Source: a virus. Taken from it: DNA of 64,000 bases. The stretch is from positions 1-64,000 of the IMG/VR virus record IMGVR_UViG_3300045988_161114; one strand, written 5' to 3'. Below the pieces are notes generated by a model. The model was not told where the DNA came from and did no database searches. It worked only from the letters and a program-made list of their open reading frames with translations. The first letter of the stretch is position 1. Each line of letters starts with the position of its first letter. A program made the translations under genes and the position numbers. Positions 6,318 through 15,834 of this stretch are shown piece by piece.

Positions 6318-6728
6318 ATGAATGAAATTAATGTTCGTATTACCGGCGTTGATTTGTCAAATATTGCCCTGTTGGGCGGTGAATTGACCATTACTGTTCC
6401 TGCTCGTTTGCCTAGCGCTGCTCAGGTTCTTAGCGGAAGTGATGTTCTTAGCGCTGTTCGTGGTTCTGGCTCTACTACTGTAGCTGTACAGACTCCGCAA
6501 GTATTGAGCGCGGCTAAACTTACTGGTCTTGTTAAAAAACAACCTTTGGTTGTTCTTGATGAAGATGCAGTTCGTGACGCAGTTCAATCTGATTTGGATT
6601 CTTTGATTGTGTTTAACACTGTTGAAGAGTTTAATGAATTTGTTCGTCAAGAAGGTTTGATCGGCGATCGTATTAAACTTCATGATGAATTTGGTAATGT
6701 TGTGGCTGTACACAGCATTCTTTCTTAA
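6318..6728 (+). CDS. hypothetical protein (first gene of the Ubl-cassette neighbourhood)
   Basis: 136-aa ORF, co-directional and tightly packed. No motifs recognised. Confidence 0.7.
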   Translation: MNEINVRITGVDLSNIALLGGELTITVPARLPSAAQVLSGSDVLSAVRGSGSTTVAVQTPQVLSAAKLTGLVKKQPLVVLDEDAVRDAVQSDLDSLIVFNTVEEFNEFVRQEGLIGDRIKLHDEFGNVVAVHSILS

Positions 6729-6755
6729 TTATTTTTTAAAATTTAAGGCACAAAT

Positions 6756-6950
6756 ATGTCTACTCAATACGTAAAAGGCTTCACTTACAATGGTGAAACT
6801 ACCACTTTCAATGGCGCTGTAGCCCCTGTTTCTGAAGTTTTGTCAGCTCTGGCTCAAGAACATCCTGTTCTAAATAATGCAGCTAACTACACTACCCAAA
6901 TTCAAGATGAAATTTTGGTAGTGTCACTGTCTACTGGCAGCAAAGCTTAA
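6756..6950 (+). CDS. candidate small ubiquitin-like (beta-grasp, Prok_Ub / PRTRC protein C-like) protein
   Basis: 64 aa. VKGFTYNGETTTFNG..VSEVLSALAQEHPVLNNA...ILVVSLSTGSKA resembles the Prok_Ub pattern as recalled (FxYNG..L..P....V...YA..YPEL..A....Y.F....GTKG). It lies upstream of the E2/JAB/E1 genes. Confidence 0.4.
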   Translation: MSTQYVKGFTYNGETTTFNGAVAPVSEVLSALAQEHPVLNNAANYTTQIQDEILVVSLSTGSKA

Positions 6951-7006
6951 TAAAGTTTTATAACTTTACAATTTGATTTATAAGAGATTCAGTTCTCATA
7001 AGAATT

Positions 7007-7052
7007 AAGGCACTTGTATACACTTTATATAGTATACAGGTGCCTTTTAAAT
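7007..7052 (+). terminator. rho-independent terminator
   Basis: 15-bp stem aaggcacttgtatac / gtatacaggtgcctt, followed by ttaaatttt. Confidence 0.65.
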
Positions 7053-7072
7053 TTTATAGAGGTTTATAATTT

Positions 7073-8332
7073 ATGTCTAATGTGTTAAATGTTAGCGACT
7101 TGCGTAGTCTTATATCTGGAAGTAGAAGAGTGGACATAGATGATAGTCCTCGTGGTGAAACTGCTACTTCAAGAATTTTAAGTAGACTTAATTTAAGTTA
7201 TGCGGATCCTCAAACAGGTTCTGATGTTCAGGTCTTTGCAATGCCAAGAGCTGCTGCTGAAAGAATTGCCGTTTCTGTTCCTACACCTTCAGCTGCCCCA
7301 TGTAATAATTATTTTGCTATTGGTCAATTAGGATTAGATGTTTCAGGAAATATTTCCATTTCTGCTGATCCACATCCAAGTGGAGCTTTGCTTTATAGCT
7401 TTAATCTTCATAATTATTCATATATATCTGATTCTAGTAGAAGATTAATTGAGTCTAAAATAGATGAAATTATATCAGTTATGAAGACGTTTAATCCATG
7501 TATTTCTAGAGATAGTATTACAGTACACGATGCAAGAATACTTGTTGAAAAATTGAAAATATCTTTATTTAGAAATTTCTCTTGGATAGAGTTAGGGTTT
7601 AATATTCAGACTAGAAGTATTATTTTAAATTTTGAATTTGTTTCAAGTTATACAGATGATGAATATGCTGACCCGAATTATTATCTAAGAGTTATTAGAC
7701 ATGAAGATTGTGATCCAATTCCTGAATGCATTATATCCACTGTTTCTGAATATTTGTCCGCTTTAGATAAACGTCATTTATCATTGTTCACCGAAGAAGA
7801 GCATGCAAATTTCGAAGACTTTTTTGACGAATATGCGTCTAGATGGAATATTGAATTCAGATCTTATCTTGATGATGGGATTATATCTCTTGTTATTGAT
7901 GATATAGGTGATGTAGAGGATCATGTATTAGAACCTGTGGAAAATGAAATGAGTACTAGTGAATCCTCTAGCAGGGTGTTGTCTCTGCTTAGCTCTTCTC
8001 TTATTAAGGATAAAACTAAAGTAAAAGAAGTCGAAAAGCCTAAAGAAGAGAAAATTCTATTTAATACTTTTGAGGAAAGATTTAAATATATTCTTGACTC
8101 TGCTCAAGATATAAAAGAGATTGAAGAACCTCCTCTTTTGAAAAAGCTTGAGGAAGCACGTAGTAGTGCTTATCTTTCTAGAGAAGAAGTTGTTGCTTTT
8201 GCTGAATCTAATATTAATGAAATTATTGAAAAATATAAAAAAGATTTAGCTATTCATTCTAGAAAACCAATGAGAAATTCTATTAGAAATATTAAATTTC
8301 TTCCTCAAGTTCAACTTATTACTTATTTTTAA
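7073..8332 (+). CDS. hypothetical protein
   Basis: 419-aa ORF with an acidic K/E-rich C-terminal third. No motifs recognised. Confidence 0.75.
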   Translation: MSNVLNVSDLRSLISGSRRVDIDDSPRGETATSRILSRLNLSYADPQTGSDVQVFAMPRAAAERIAVSVPTPSAAPCNNYFAIGQLGLDVSGNISISADPHPSGALLYSFNLHNYSYISDSSRRLIESKIDEIISVMKTFNPCISRDSITVHDARILVEKLKISLFRNFSWIELGFNIQTRSIILNFEFVSSYTDDEYADPNYYLRVIRHEDCDPIPECIISTVSEYLSALDKRHLSLFTEEEHANFEDFFDEYASRWNIEFRSYLDDGIISLVIDDIGDVEDHVLEPVENEMSTSESSSRVLSLLSSSLIKDKTKVKEVEKPKEEKILFNTFEERFKYILDSAQDIKEIEEPPLLKKLEEARSSAYLSREEVVAFAESNINEIIEKYKKDLAIHSRKPMRNSIRNIKFLPQVQLITYF

Positions 8333-8344
8333 TAGGTTAAAATA

Positions 8345-9787
8345 ATGAATGAACATATAGTTTATAAAGCTGCTTTAAATTCTTTAAAGTATACTTTTGA
8401 AGATTTTGGATTATCTAAAACGTTTAAATATAATGGCGATCCTAATAATTTTACTAGGACATATAAGTCTCAAATTGGGAATTTAATTAAGCTTGCTTTT
8501 GAAACAGAAGCTGAATCTAATTCTATAAATTTGATTAATCTTAATAAAAATGTTACGATTACCCTTGAGAAAGTTATTATCAATATTGATGGCAGAGTTC
8601 AAATTGATTCTCTGCCTAGAACTGTAAATGATCTTCAAGATTATCAAAAAGGTGCTTATAAGTTTTTCTTATTTGTAAATTATCCTATGTTCTTTGGTAT
8701 TCAGAATATGTCTGCTGAAGAATTTAATGAGATTAAAAGAGCTAAAAGTTCTACTACTCATAGTGGCAAAATAACGCTAGATGGATATGATATTTGGTAT
8801 AAGGCTATCGGCGGCGATGCTTTTAAATCTGAATTTGCACATCATGTGTCTAAATATTCTGCTCTTTCACATGATGATGTAAGAATCAGCAATGATCAAA
8901 TAGATAATATTTTACAGCTTATTTATGCACATAACTTTATCATTGATGATTATAAAGATATAGATATTTCAAAGCTTAAACTATTTTTTGATGTTGCTAA
9001 TCTTCAATACATTAAAAATGAGAGCGGACTAACTGTTAATGGTTCTGCACCGCCTTTGTATAGAGATGACACTCTTAGTGAGATGAATCTCAATTACGCC
9101 GTTAATAGTGTTGGTGAAATTCCATATGCTGACCCTAATTTTGGATACCACATCTATGAAGGTTTTAATTATGATTTGGTATTAAATAGTGAGAATATGA
9201 AATGCCACAGAATTGATTATATGGCATATGGCTTTAATAACTATTCTACAAGAATGGGAATGGGTTATAAAAATCTTATTAGAACTACTAAATTTGATTA
9301 TTATGAAAGCGAATTTAGTAGAGATTATTCTGAATCACTATTGCTTCAAAAACTTTTTGTATTGTCAATTGTAGCATTAAATTTTGCTACTTTGTCTGGT
9401 GCTACTGCAAGTAACTTTAACAAAGATCAAATACTTAAGTATTATAATCAATTTTCTAATAATATTTCATGTAAGAATTTTTATATTGCCCGCGGTAATT
9501 TTGGACAATATAAAAATAGATTATTTGTTTCTAATAACCCTTCAGATACACCTGCAAATCTTTCATGGGATAATAAATTTTACGATACTACCTTGTTCTT
9601 ATTTAGCAATGATTATACAACAAAATTCTTCATAGTTAATAAGACTGAGGATATCAAAATTGGTATATCTAGACAATCTGGTTTTTATGACAGTATATTG
9701 ATTCCTCATGAAGATTATCTGAATCCTGATAAGCTTACTCCTATTATTAAAAATAGAACAAGAGAAATTTTAAATGCAATTAGATAA
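8345..9787 (+). CDS. hypothetical protein
   Basis: 480-aa ORF whose end overlaps the start of the E2-like gene by 14 nt (translational coupling). Confidence 0.75.
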   Translation: MNEHIVYKAALNSLKYTFEDFGLSKTFKYNGDPNNFTRTYKSQIGNLIKLAFETEAESNSINLINLNKNVTITLEKVIINIDGRVQIDSLPRTVNDLQDYQKGAYKFFLFVNYPMFFGIQNMSAEEFNEIKRAKSSTTHSGKITLDGYDIWYKAIGGDAFKSEFAHHVSKYSALSHDDVRISNDQIDNILQLIYAHNFIIDDYKDIDISKLKLFFDVANLQYIKNESGLTVNGSAPPLYRDDTLSEMNLNYAVNSVGEIPYADPNFGYHIYEGFNYDLVLNSENMKCHRIDYMAYGFNNYSTRMGMGYKNLIRTTKFDYYESEFSRDYSESLLLQKLFVLSIVALNFATLSGATASNFNKDQILKYYNQFSNNISCKNFYIARGNFGQYKNRLFVSNNPSDTPANLSWDNKFYDTTLFLFSNDYTTKFFIVNKTEDIKIGISRQSGFYDSILIPHEDYLNPDKLTPIIKNRTREILNAIR

Positions 9788-10535
9788 TGTCACTTTTAAA
9801 ATCGTAGATAATGATCTTGTAAATCTCGTTATCGAAGAGAATGGTAAAAAATCTACAAAAGTTGTTCAACTTAAAGATTTTATAACTGCTTTTACAGATT
9901 CTACTAGTGTAGAGGAAACTCCTCTTATGCCAGCATCTGTTATTAAATATTGGAAGAATGGTCCAAATACTGTTATCTTTTTGAATAAACCTGGAAGAAA
10001 CGTAGATATGATTTCTTCCTATTCTAAGGATCCCATTCCTATTCGTATTCCAAATACTGTTTATGCTTTAAAATTTAAAAATAATCGGTTAATTAAAACA
10101 ATTATTGGGTCTTATGATGACAAACGTTTGACTAAGAATACAAAAATTTTTAAATTTCCGATGCATAACTATAGTTCAACTTTTAGTCCTGGCATTTGTT
10201 GGGGCTCTAATTTTGATATGGTTGAATCTGTATGTGCAGGTATGGATCTCTTTAATATTGAAACAATACCAGACTTGTATTGGGCTAGTAAGTTCAATAC
10301 AGATTTAGGTGGTGATTGCAGTATTAAGGCTCCATTTGAAGAATTAAGAGAATCTGCGCTTAGAAATGGAATGCCAGAAGGTGTTATGGAGCAGGCATCT
10401 AGATTTAATAGATTTGTTAAACTTTGTGCATTAATGCGCTTTAATCCTGCATTAAAATTTGACGTTTCTAATTATCTGGATGGTGTATCAGCAGATAATT
10501 TGGAAGCTTTTATTTCTCTTAACTGTAGAGTATAA
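9774..10535 (+). CDS. E2/UBC-like protein (prokaryotic E2 family candidate)
   Basis: FPMHNYSSTFSPGICWGSNF resembles the UBC catalytic loop HPN-x(5-8)-G-x-I-C-L. The gene lies directly upstream of JAB and E1, the order seen in Bil/PRTRC-type operons. Confidence 0.5.
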   Translation: MQLDNVTFKIVDNDLVNLVIEENGKKSTKVVQLKDFITAFTDSTSVEETPLMPASVIKYWKNGPNTVIFLNKPGRNVDMISSYSKDPIPIRIPNTVYALKFKNNRLIKTIIGSYDDKRLTKNTKIFKFPMHNYSSTFSPGICWGSNFDMVESVCAGMDLFNIETIPDLYWASKFNTDLGGDCSIKAPFEELRESALRNGMPEGVMEQASRFNRFVKLCALMRFNPALKFDVSNYLDGVSADNLEAFISLNCRV

Positions 10536-10538
10536 ATT

Positions 10539-11948
10539 ATGACAGTAACGAATACTACTATTGGTGGCAGCGATCAAGCTGCCGCTACTGCTAATCCGGC
10601 TCCTGTTATGAGTCTGGCTGCATTATCATCTCTTATTACTGGCGTTGAAAAACCTGAAGTCTTTATTGGCGAAAAAGGTAAAAAACGTGGTGATATTTCT
10701 ATAATGCAGGACGGTATGTACCGTATTTTTTCTTCGCCTATTGGCGACTTTTTTATTCTTAAAGACGAATTTAAGAATAAGCTTTTCCACCTGCCTGAGG
10801 GCAAAGTTACATTTACTCCTAATCCTGATTTCCCTAAAATTCCAGGACGTTATTATAAAGCTATTTGTGATTTTTATAAAACCATTTATGCTACCAATAA
10901 GAACGAAGTAATGGCTCAAATCTGGTGGGATAAAGAACTAAAAGAATTCTTTATTGAGGTTCCTGTTCAACGTGTTGCTGCTGCTAGTATTTCTTTTGAT
11001 AAAACTGGTCCATTCTATGATGACCCTAATAAGGTCCTTGTAGTAACAAGTCATTCTCATCATACTATGGGTGCTTTTTATAGTGGAACTGATAAATCTG
11101 ATGAAGCTAAACACAATGGTATTTATTCATTTGTATTTGGCGGATTAAAAATTAATCCTGATGGTACTTATACTAACACTACAGTACAGCGTTGTGTTTA
11201 TGATAAGTATGAGTTTTTACTTCAATTGTCAGATATTTTTGATTTAGAGGATCCTCTTATCGGGACTATTTCTATTCCTGAAAGTGAATATTCTAAAGTT
11301 ACAGCAATTAATGCTGCCCCTAAATATCCTTCTCATTTGACTGGATATTCTTATGGTAAAACTGGCAGTAATTCTAATGTCAAAAAAGGTGGCCATCAAC
11401 ATTACAATGGTAAAGGATGGAAACCAGGCATTGATTATAATCTTTGGGATTATGATTTTGCTGACGAAGATTATTCTGATCTTTATAATTCTGTAATGTC
11501 CGTAAATAATAATAATCCTGGCTATGGGCATAATCCATTCCCTCATCCTGTTAAGATGAATATGTGGGATTATGTTGACCCTGTTGATTACGATGGAATT
11601 TTTGAACAATATTGCGGTGACTCAACTGGATTTACTACAGAAGAAATTCAAGAAATTTATAAAGCCGGCTCAGTCATTATAGACATTTTGCAGAAAAAAG
11701 CTGGCAGTTATGACAAAAATTGTTGTCTTGTACAATCGTTCATAGATACAATTGCTAGCCATGATGTGTCTGATAAACTTGAAAAAACAATTTTTAATGG
11801 CTTAATGCATGGTATTCATGCATATATGCTTAAAAGTAGTAAAGCTATAGATGAAGACATTGACTCTTTTGTAGAAGAGATAGGAATGGTTAGGTATAGT
11901 ATTCAAGACTGTATTGTTAAAAAAGACCCTTTTAAAAACGTTCCATAG
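10539..11948 (+). CDS. JAB/MPN (JAMM) metallopeptidase domain protein with long C-terminal extension
   Basis: Glu in FFIEVPVQ, then VVTSHSHHTMGAFYSGTD, which gives H-x-H-x7-S-x2-D, the complete JAMM motif. 469 aa. Confidence 0.75.
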   Translation: MTVTNTTIGGSDQAAATANPAPVMSLAALSSLITGVEKPEVFIGEKGKKRGDISIMQDGMYRIFSSPIGDFFILKDEFKNKLFHLPEGKVTFTPNPDFPKIPGRYYKAICDFYKTIYATNKNEVMAQIWWDKELKEFFIEVPVQRVAAASISFDKTGPFYDDPNKVLVVTSHSHHTMGAFYSGTDKSDEAKHNGIYSFVFGGLKINPDGTYTNTTVQRCVYDKYEFLLQLSDIFDLEDPLIGTISIPESEYSKVTAINAAPKYPSHLTGYSYGKTGSNSNVKKGGHQHYNGKGWKPGIDYNLWDYDFADEDYSDLYNSVMSVNNNNPGYGHNPFPHPVKMNMWDYVDPVDYDGIFEQYCGDSTGFTTEEIQEIYKAGSVIIDILQKKAGSYDKNCCLVQSFIDTIASHDVSDKLEKTIFNGLMHGIHAYMLKSSKAIDEDIDSFVEEIGMVRYSIQDCIVKKDPFKNVP

Positions 11949-11955
11949 TTTATGC

Positions 11956-11979
11956 TGGGGCCTAGTGCCCCATTTTTTC
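11956..11979 (+). terminator. rho-independent terminator
   Basis: Stem tggggc / gcccca, loop ctagt, then tttttt. Confidence 0.6.
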
Positions 11980-12002
11980 TAATATTTTATATTGGATTTT
12001 AA

Positions 12003-13676
12003 ATGAGTATTTATAGAGAAGTAAAAGATAGTTCATCTCAAACGTATCAAATTATTAGTGATGAACAACGTCAACGTACAGACTTTTTAAATAAAAAAGC
12101 CGAAGAGATTGGCAAGAAGGCCTTTTTGAAAGGCGGCTTGCAATATCTATTTTCTGTAAAAGATTTGAATAAATTTTATACAGATCCTACACCTGAAATT
12201 AAATTAGGCAAAGTAACTGTAATTGGATGTGGCGGTACTGGTTCATGGTTAATGCCTAAGTTGGCTAAAACTATTAATGATTTAATTCGTAAAAATATTA
12301 TTTTTAAAGACAGTTTTTGTTTAAATCTTGTTGATTTCGACACGGTTAACCTGATTTTTCTAACCGGCCGTGTATAAATTTGCCCTAATTGACTTGGACC
12401 TCTGGCATAACAGAAAACAAGGCGCAAGCAGAGGTTATCCCTCGTGCAGCGTGAACGACTAATGCGGGTGAACACTTAATTGTGAAGCGATAGTCTGTAC
12501 TGCATCGGAAATATGCGATTAAGAGATGCAGAGCAAGGCGGAACAGAAACGACCTTGCCCTTACTTTATGTAAGAGTAACAATAAGCGAAACTAAAAATC
12601 TTGTGCGGCAGAACTTTATTGAGGCTGATATTGGTAAAAATAAAGCTGAAGTAATGGCTATGCGTTATGGATCTACGTTGTCTGAAGGTACTCAATGTGT
12701 ATTTTATGACAAGTATCTTGCACTAGATCCTTCTAAAAAAGAACATCCAGAAGCGTTTATCTCTTTTGATGATGTTTTAGGTTCTACAATTAATAAAAAT
12801 AAATTTGTTAGTGTTATTTTCAATCTTGTGGATAATGATGTTGAGCGTCGTGAATTACATAAATGGATTCGTGATTCTAGATCTCCATACATAGTTATTG
12901 ATATTGGGAATGAACAGACTCATGGTCAGTTATTTGCGTCATATTATAATATGGCTAATATTGATCAGTCATATGAAAAATATGTCAAGAATGTTCCATT
13001 GATTCTTCAAGACTCTTTTGCTGAATATAATCAAGCGATTATTACATCAGATGAAGATGTAGTTGTATTCTCATGTGCAGAAGCTGATGTTTCTGAAGAA
13101 TTTCAAGATCAATTTTTAGTGGCAAATGATGTTGCAGCAACTGTTGGTCATTCATATTTTGTTACATTAATCGATAATCTCACTAAGCATAGATTTACAA
13201 GTCCTTTGCCTCAAGAGATTCGATTTAGTGCAATGTCTCCGGTTCTAGTAACTACTGAACGCAAAGTTTACAATGAGCATGTTCTTTCTTGTATTGAATC
13301 TGCAATTAAGCTTAAAGAAGCTATTGGTGAAGACCAAGTAAAAAGACTGTTTGATATCTTTGATAAAGTTATTTCTTCTCAAAGTTCTTTTGCTTCTAGC
13401 AATAATACTATCAGGATTATTCCTGAAGATGAAAGATGTTATGGCTGGTTTTCTGATTTTATCGATAGAAATATCGGTAATAAAAAGATCAACAAAGAAC
13501 TCAAAAAGCAATTACTAGATGCATGTGCCCCCTCAATGGCTTATCGTACCGGATATCCTAATAACTATAGAGTCAATTATTATGAAATTGATAAAGATTA
13601 TGGCCAATATCTTGGTTATTCTTTAGCCCTTCTTTATTGCGTTTATTCTGTTTTAAAGATTGCTCAATACATTTAA
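12003..13676 (+). CDS. ThiF/MoeB/E1-like adenylyltransferase, two exons: join(12003..12346,12587..13676)
   Basis: Rossmann motif VTVIGCGGTGSW. The spliced junction gives LVDFDTV|ETKNLVRQNFIEADIGKNKAEV, which restores the E1 motif D-x-D-x-V-E-x-x-N-L-x-R-Q...DIGxxKA. Unspliced, exon 1 runs into a stop codon. Confidence 0.75.
12347..12586 (+). mobile_element. group I intron (ORF-less, 240 nt) in the E1-like gene
   Basis: A GC-richer block splits a conserved motif. The exon ends in U (acggt|) and the intron ends in G (aataag|c). Core-like gcgatagtctgtactgcatcgg resembles the gatatagtctgctctgcatgg region of the T4 td intron. Confidence 0.75.
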
Positions 13677-13685
13677 TTAAAACAA

Positions 13686-13719
13686 GCCTGCACTAAATTT
13701 AAAAGTGCAGGCATTTTTA
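13686..13719 (+). terminator. rho-independent terminator
   Basis: Stem gcctgcact / agtgcaggc, then atttttatt. Confidence 0.7.
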
Positions 13720-13734
13720 TTATAAGAAAATAAT

Positions 13735-15834
13735 ATGTATAGATATATTACAGATAATAAGTTTTGGTATTCGCTTGTTGTTGTTACTTCTGGATATGCT
13801 AATAAGTGCTCTTTGATCTTAGATCAAATTATTAAAGGCGAATCCGCTATCAATAAGGACTTAGGTCAAAAATGTTATATTAAGAATAGTAAAGAAAACG
13901 TTACTAAATCTATAAACTTATTGAACCAATGTGTCAACAAGAATAAGTTTCGGGAAATGTACTTCCCCGATTTTGGTAGTAGAGCTGAATTATTAAATGC
14001 TTACTCTATTGTATCTGAATTTTTATCTGATTTTGCCGATACCATTCTGTTTAGAAATTATACAAATAGAAAGGGTCGCAAAATCACTGCAATGAATACT
14101 CTTTTATCTGAAGAAGATAGAGAGAATATAAAATATTTTCATCGGTTATATACAGCTATATTTGAATGTGAATATGATAGAGCACTTCACAATATGTGTT
14201 TGAGCGCCAATGTAATTGGGTTTAGAAAAAGCATGAGCATCGCTAATACTGTACATATGCTCAAATTTAATCGTATTGAAATTATAAATATAGACATTGC
14301 TAAATTTTTTAACAATGTTGATATGAAGAAATTTTTTGATAATGATGTTGTAAATATTCTTTTTAATTCTATTTTGGGTAATAAATATGAATATTTAGAA
14401 TATTTATTTGATAAGCCGCTTAATGTCTTTTCTTTGGATTATTCCAATAAGAATCCTAAAGATTTTGTAAGTTGCCCACCGTCTTTTAAATTTAATGGCA
14501 GTGATGTTATTTCTATAGTACCCTCTTTTGGCGGTACTGCTTTTATTCAAAGAAGGTCGAATAATGATAAGGCAAGATATGGAAGAATGTACAGCTTCTT
14601 ATTGTCTAACTCATCTAATGTTGGCAGTATTTATAAAGTAAATGATTCAGGTTATTCAATAAGATTAAGAGATCCTGGTATTCCAGATAAAAGGGAATTT
14701 TTCCTTCAATTCTTTTATCGAACTCTATCATTCTTAATGCATAATAATAAACTTCCCACAGGTGCTTCTTATAGTCCCGTCTTGAGTAATATATTTTTAC
14801 TTGATTTTGATATAAAGCTCAAAAAACTTCTCGATTCAATGTCTGTAAATACGAGATATAATTTTATTAGGTATGCTGATGATATAACTATTTATACTTC
14901 CAAGAAGAATATTATTAGTGAAACTGTTCTTCCTACTGATGGACGTATTAATTTATATCCTAATACAGATGATATTATTAGTTCTGACAATGAAATAGAT
15001 TTTTCTGTTGCTAAAAGAGTTGAAGAGCTTATTAATCAATACGGACTGTATTTAAATTATAGCAAGACTAAGATTTTTAGAAGGCATGAAGAAGCTTCTA
15101 TTTTAGGCTTAACTATACCAGCTGTTGATAAAGCTACTATTAGCGATATAAAAATCGGATCTTCAAGAAGAAAAGAAATGATTGATTTAATTTCTAATTC
15201 TTTAGATTTCGATTATGATTCTAAGACTAAAGGATTTTTATCCTATTGTATTACTAATGGCGGAATGAGAGATTTTGTGATTCATCATGGTATGAATTCT
15301 AAATTGAATGACCCTAGTTTAAAAAATATCTTTGAAAAGTATTTCAATAAGTCATCTTTTAATAGCTTCAGAGAATTGTTTTATGACATATCTAAAGATT
15401 CTAAGACTATAAGAATTACCATATTTAATGATCTTATCAGAATAAATTTCCATAATAGACTGGTAAATCATTATATGCATAATATAACTGTCAGGAAAGA
15501 TATAAATGTTTCTGAATTCTTTATTGCTCATGGTGACATATTTAATAATATAACTGTTTCCGAATTAAGACTTATGCTTATATATTATATAATGTATAAA
15601 GAATTTATATTTATTGGAAGTTATTTACGAAGAGATGAGGATAGAGTAAGGTTGTTACTTAAGTCTTATACACGAATGGGAAGTGTTATTGCTTTCCCGC
15701 TGGATGTATATTCTGACGCTATTAATGAAGAGTCCTATTATTCCGATTTAAGAAATATTTTTGAAGGCGATGAAAAAGCTTTAGAATATATAGATTTATT
15801 TGAGGCTATTGAAAATAGCAGAGGGGTAAATTAA
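13735..15834 (+). CDS. reverse transcriptase (stand-alone, 699 aa, unclassified lineage)
   Basis: RT motifs in order: A NIDIAKFFNNV; B LPTGASYSPVLSNIFLLDFD; C FIRYADDITIY; D/E LYLNYSKTKIF and ILGLTI. There is a ~170-aa N-terminal extension, an unusually long A-B spacer and a ~230-aa C-terminal extension. Confidence 0.85.
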   Translation: MYRYITDNKFWYSLVVVTSGYANKCSLILDQIIKGESAINKDLGQKCYIKNSKENVTKSINLLNQCVNKNKFREMYFPDFGSRAELLNAYSIVSEFLSDFADTILFRNYTNRKGRKITAMNTLLSEEDRENIKYFHRLYTAIFECEYDRALHNMCLSANVIGFRKSMSIANTVHMLKFNRIEIINIDIAKFFNNVDMKKFFDNDVVNILFNSILGNKYEYLEYLFDKPLNVFSLDYSNKNPKDFVSCPPSFKFNGSDVISIVPSFGGTAFIQRRSNNDKARYGRMYSFLLSNSSNVGSIYKVNDSGYSIRLRDPGIPDKREFFLQFFYRTLSFLMHNNKLPTGASYSPVLSNIFLLDFDIKLKKLLDSMSVNTRYNFIRYADDITIYTSKKNIISETVLPTDGRINLYPNTDDIISSDNEIDFSVAKRVEELINQYGLYLNYSKTKIFRRHEEASILGLTIPAVDKATISDIKIGSSRRKEMIDLISNSLDFDYDSKTKGFLSYCITNGGMRDFVIHHGMNSKLNDPSLKNIFEKYFNKSSFNSFRELFYDISKDSKTIRITIFNDLIRINFHNRLVNHYMHNITVRKDINVSEFFIAHGDIFNNITVSELRLMLIYYIMYKEFIFIGSYLRRDEDRVRLLLKSYTRMGSVIAFPLDVYSDAINEESYYSDLRNIFEGDEKALEYIDLFEAIENSRGVN

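Noticed and set aside
9384-9635. Nested plus-strand ORF in another frame of 8345..9787. Other nested or antisense ORFs are similar: 3654..3896, 3793..3987, 5622..6026, 5924..6391, 6357..6713, 10574..10919, 11244..11609, 17038..17241, 24131..24361, 24802..25032, 34266..34517 and 43108..43428.
   Set aside because: All are fully embedded in longer ORFs that have recognisable motifs or operon context. Their products are I/F/N/K-rich strings, as expected from AT-rich non-coding frames.
12176-12582. Minus-strand ORFs 12176..12475 and 12385..12582, and the N-terminal 24 codons of plus ORF 12513..13676.
   Set aside because: They lie across the GC-richer group I intron in the E1 gene. The open frames are a by-product of intron composition, and the true exon 2 begins at 12587.
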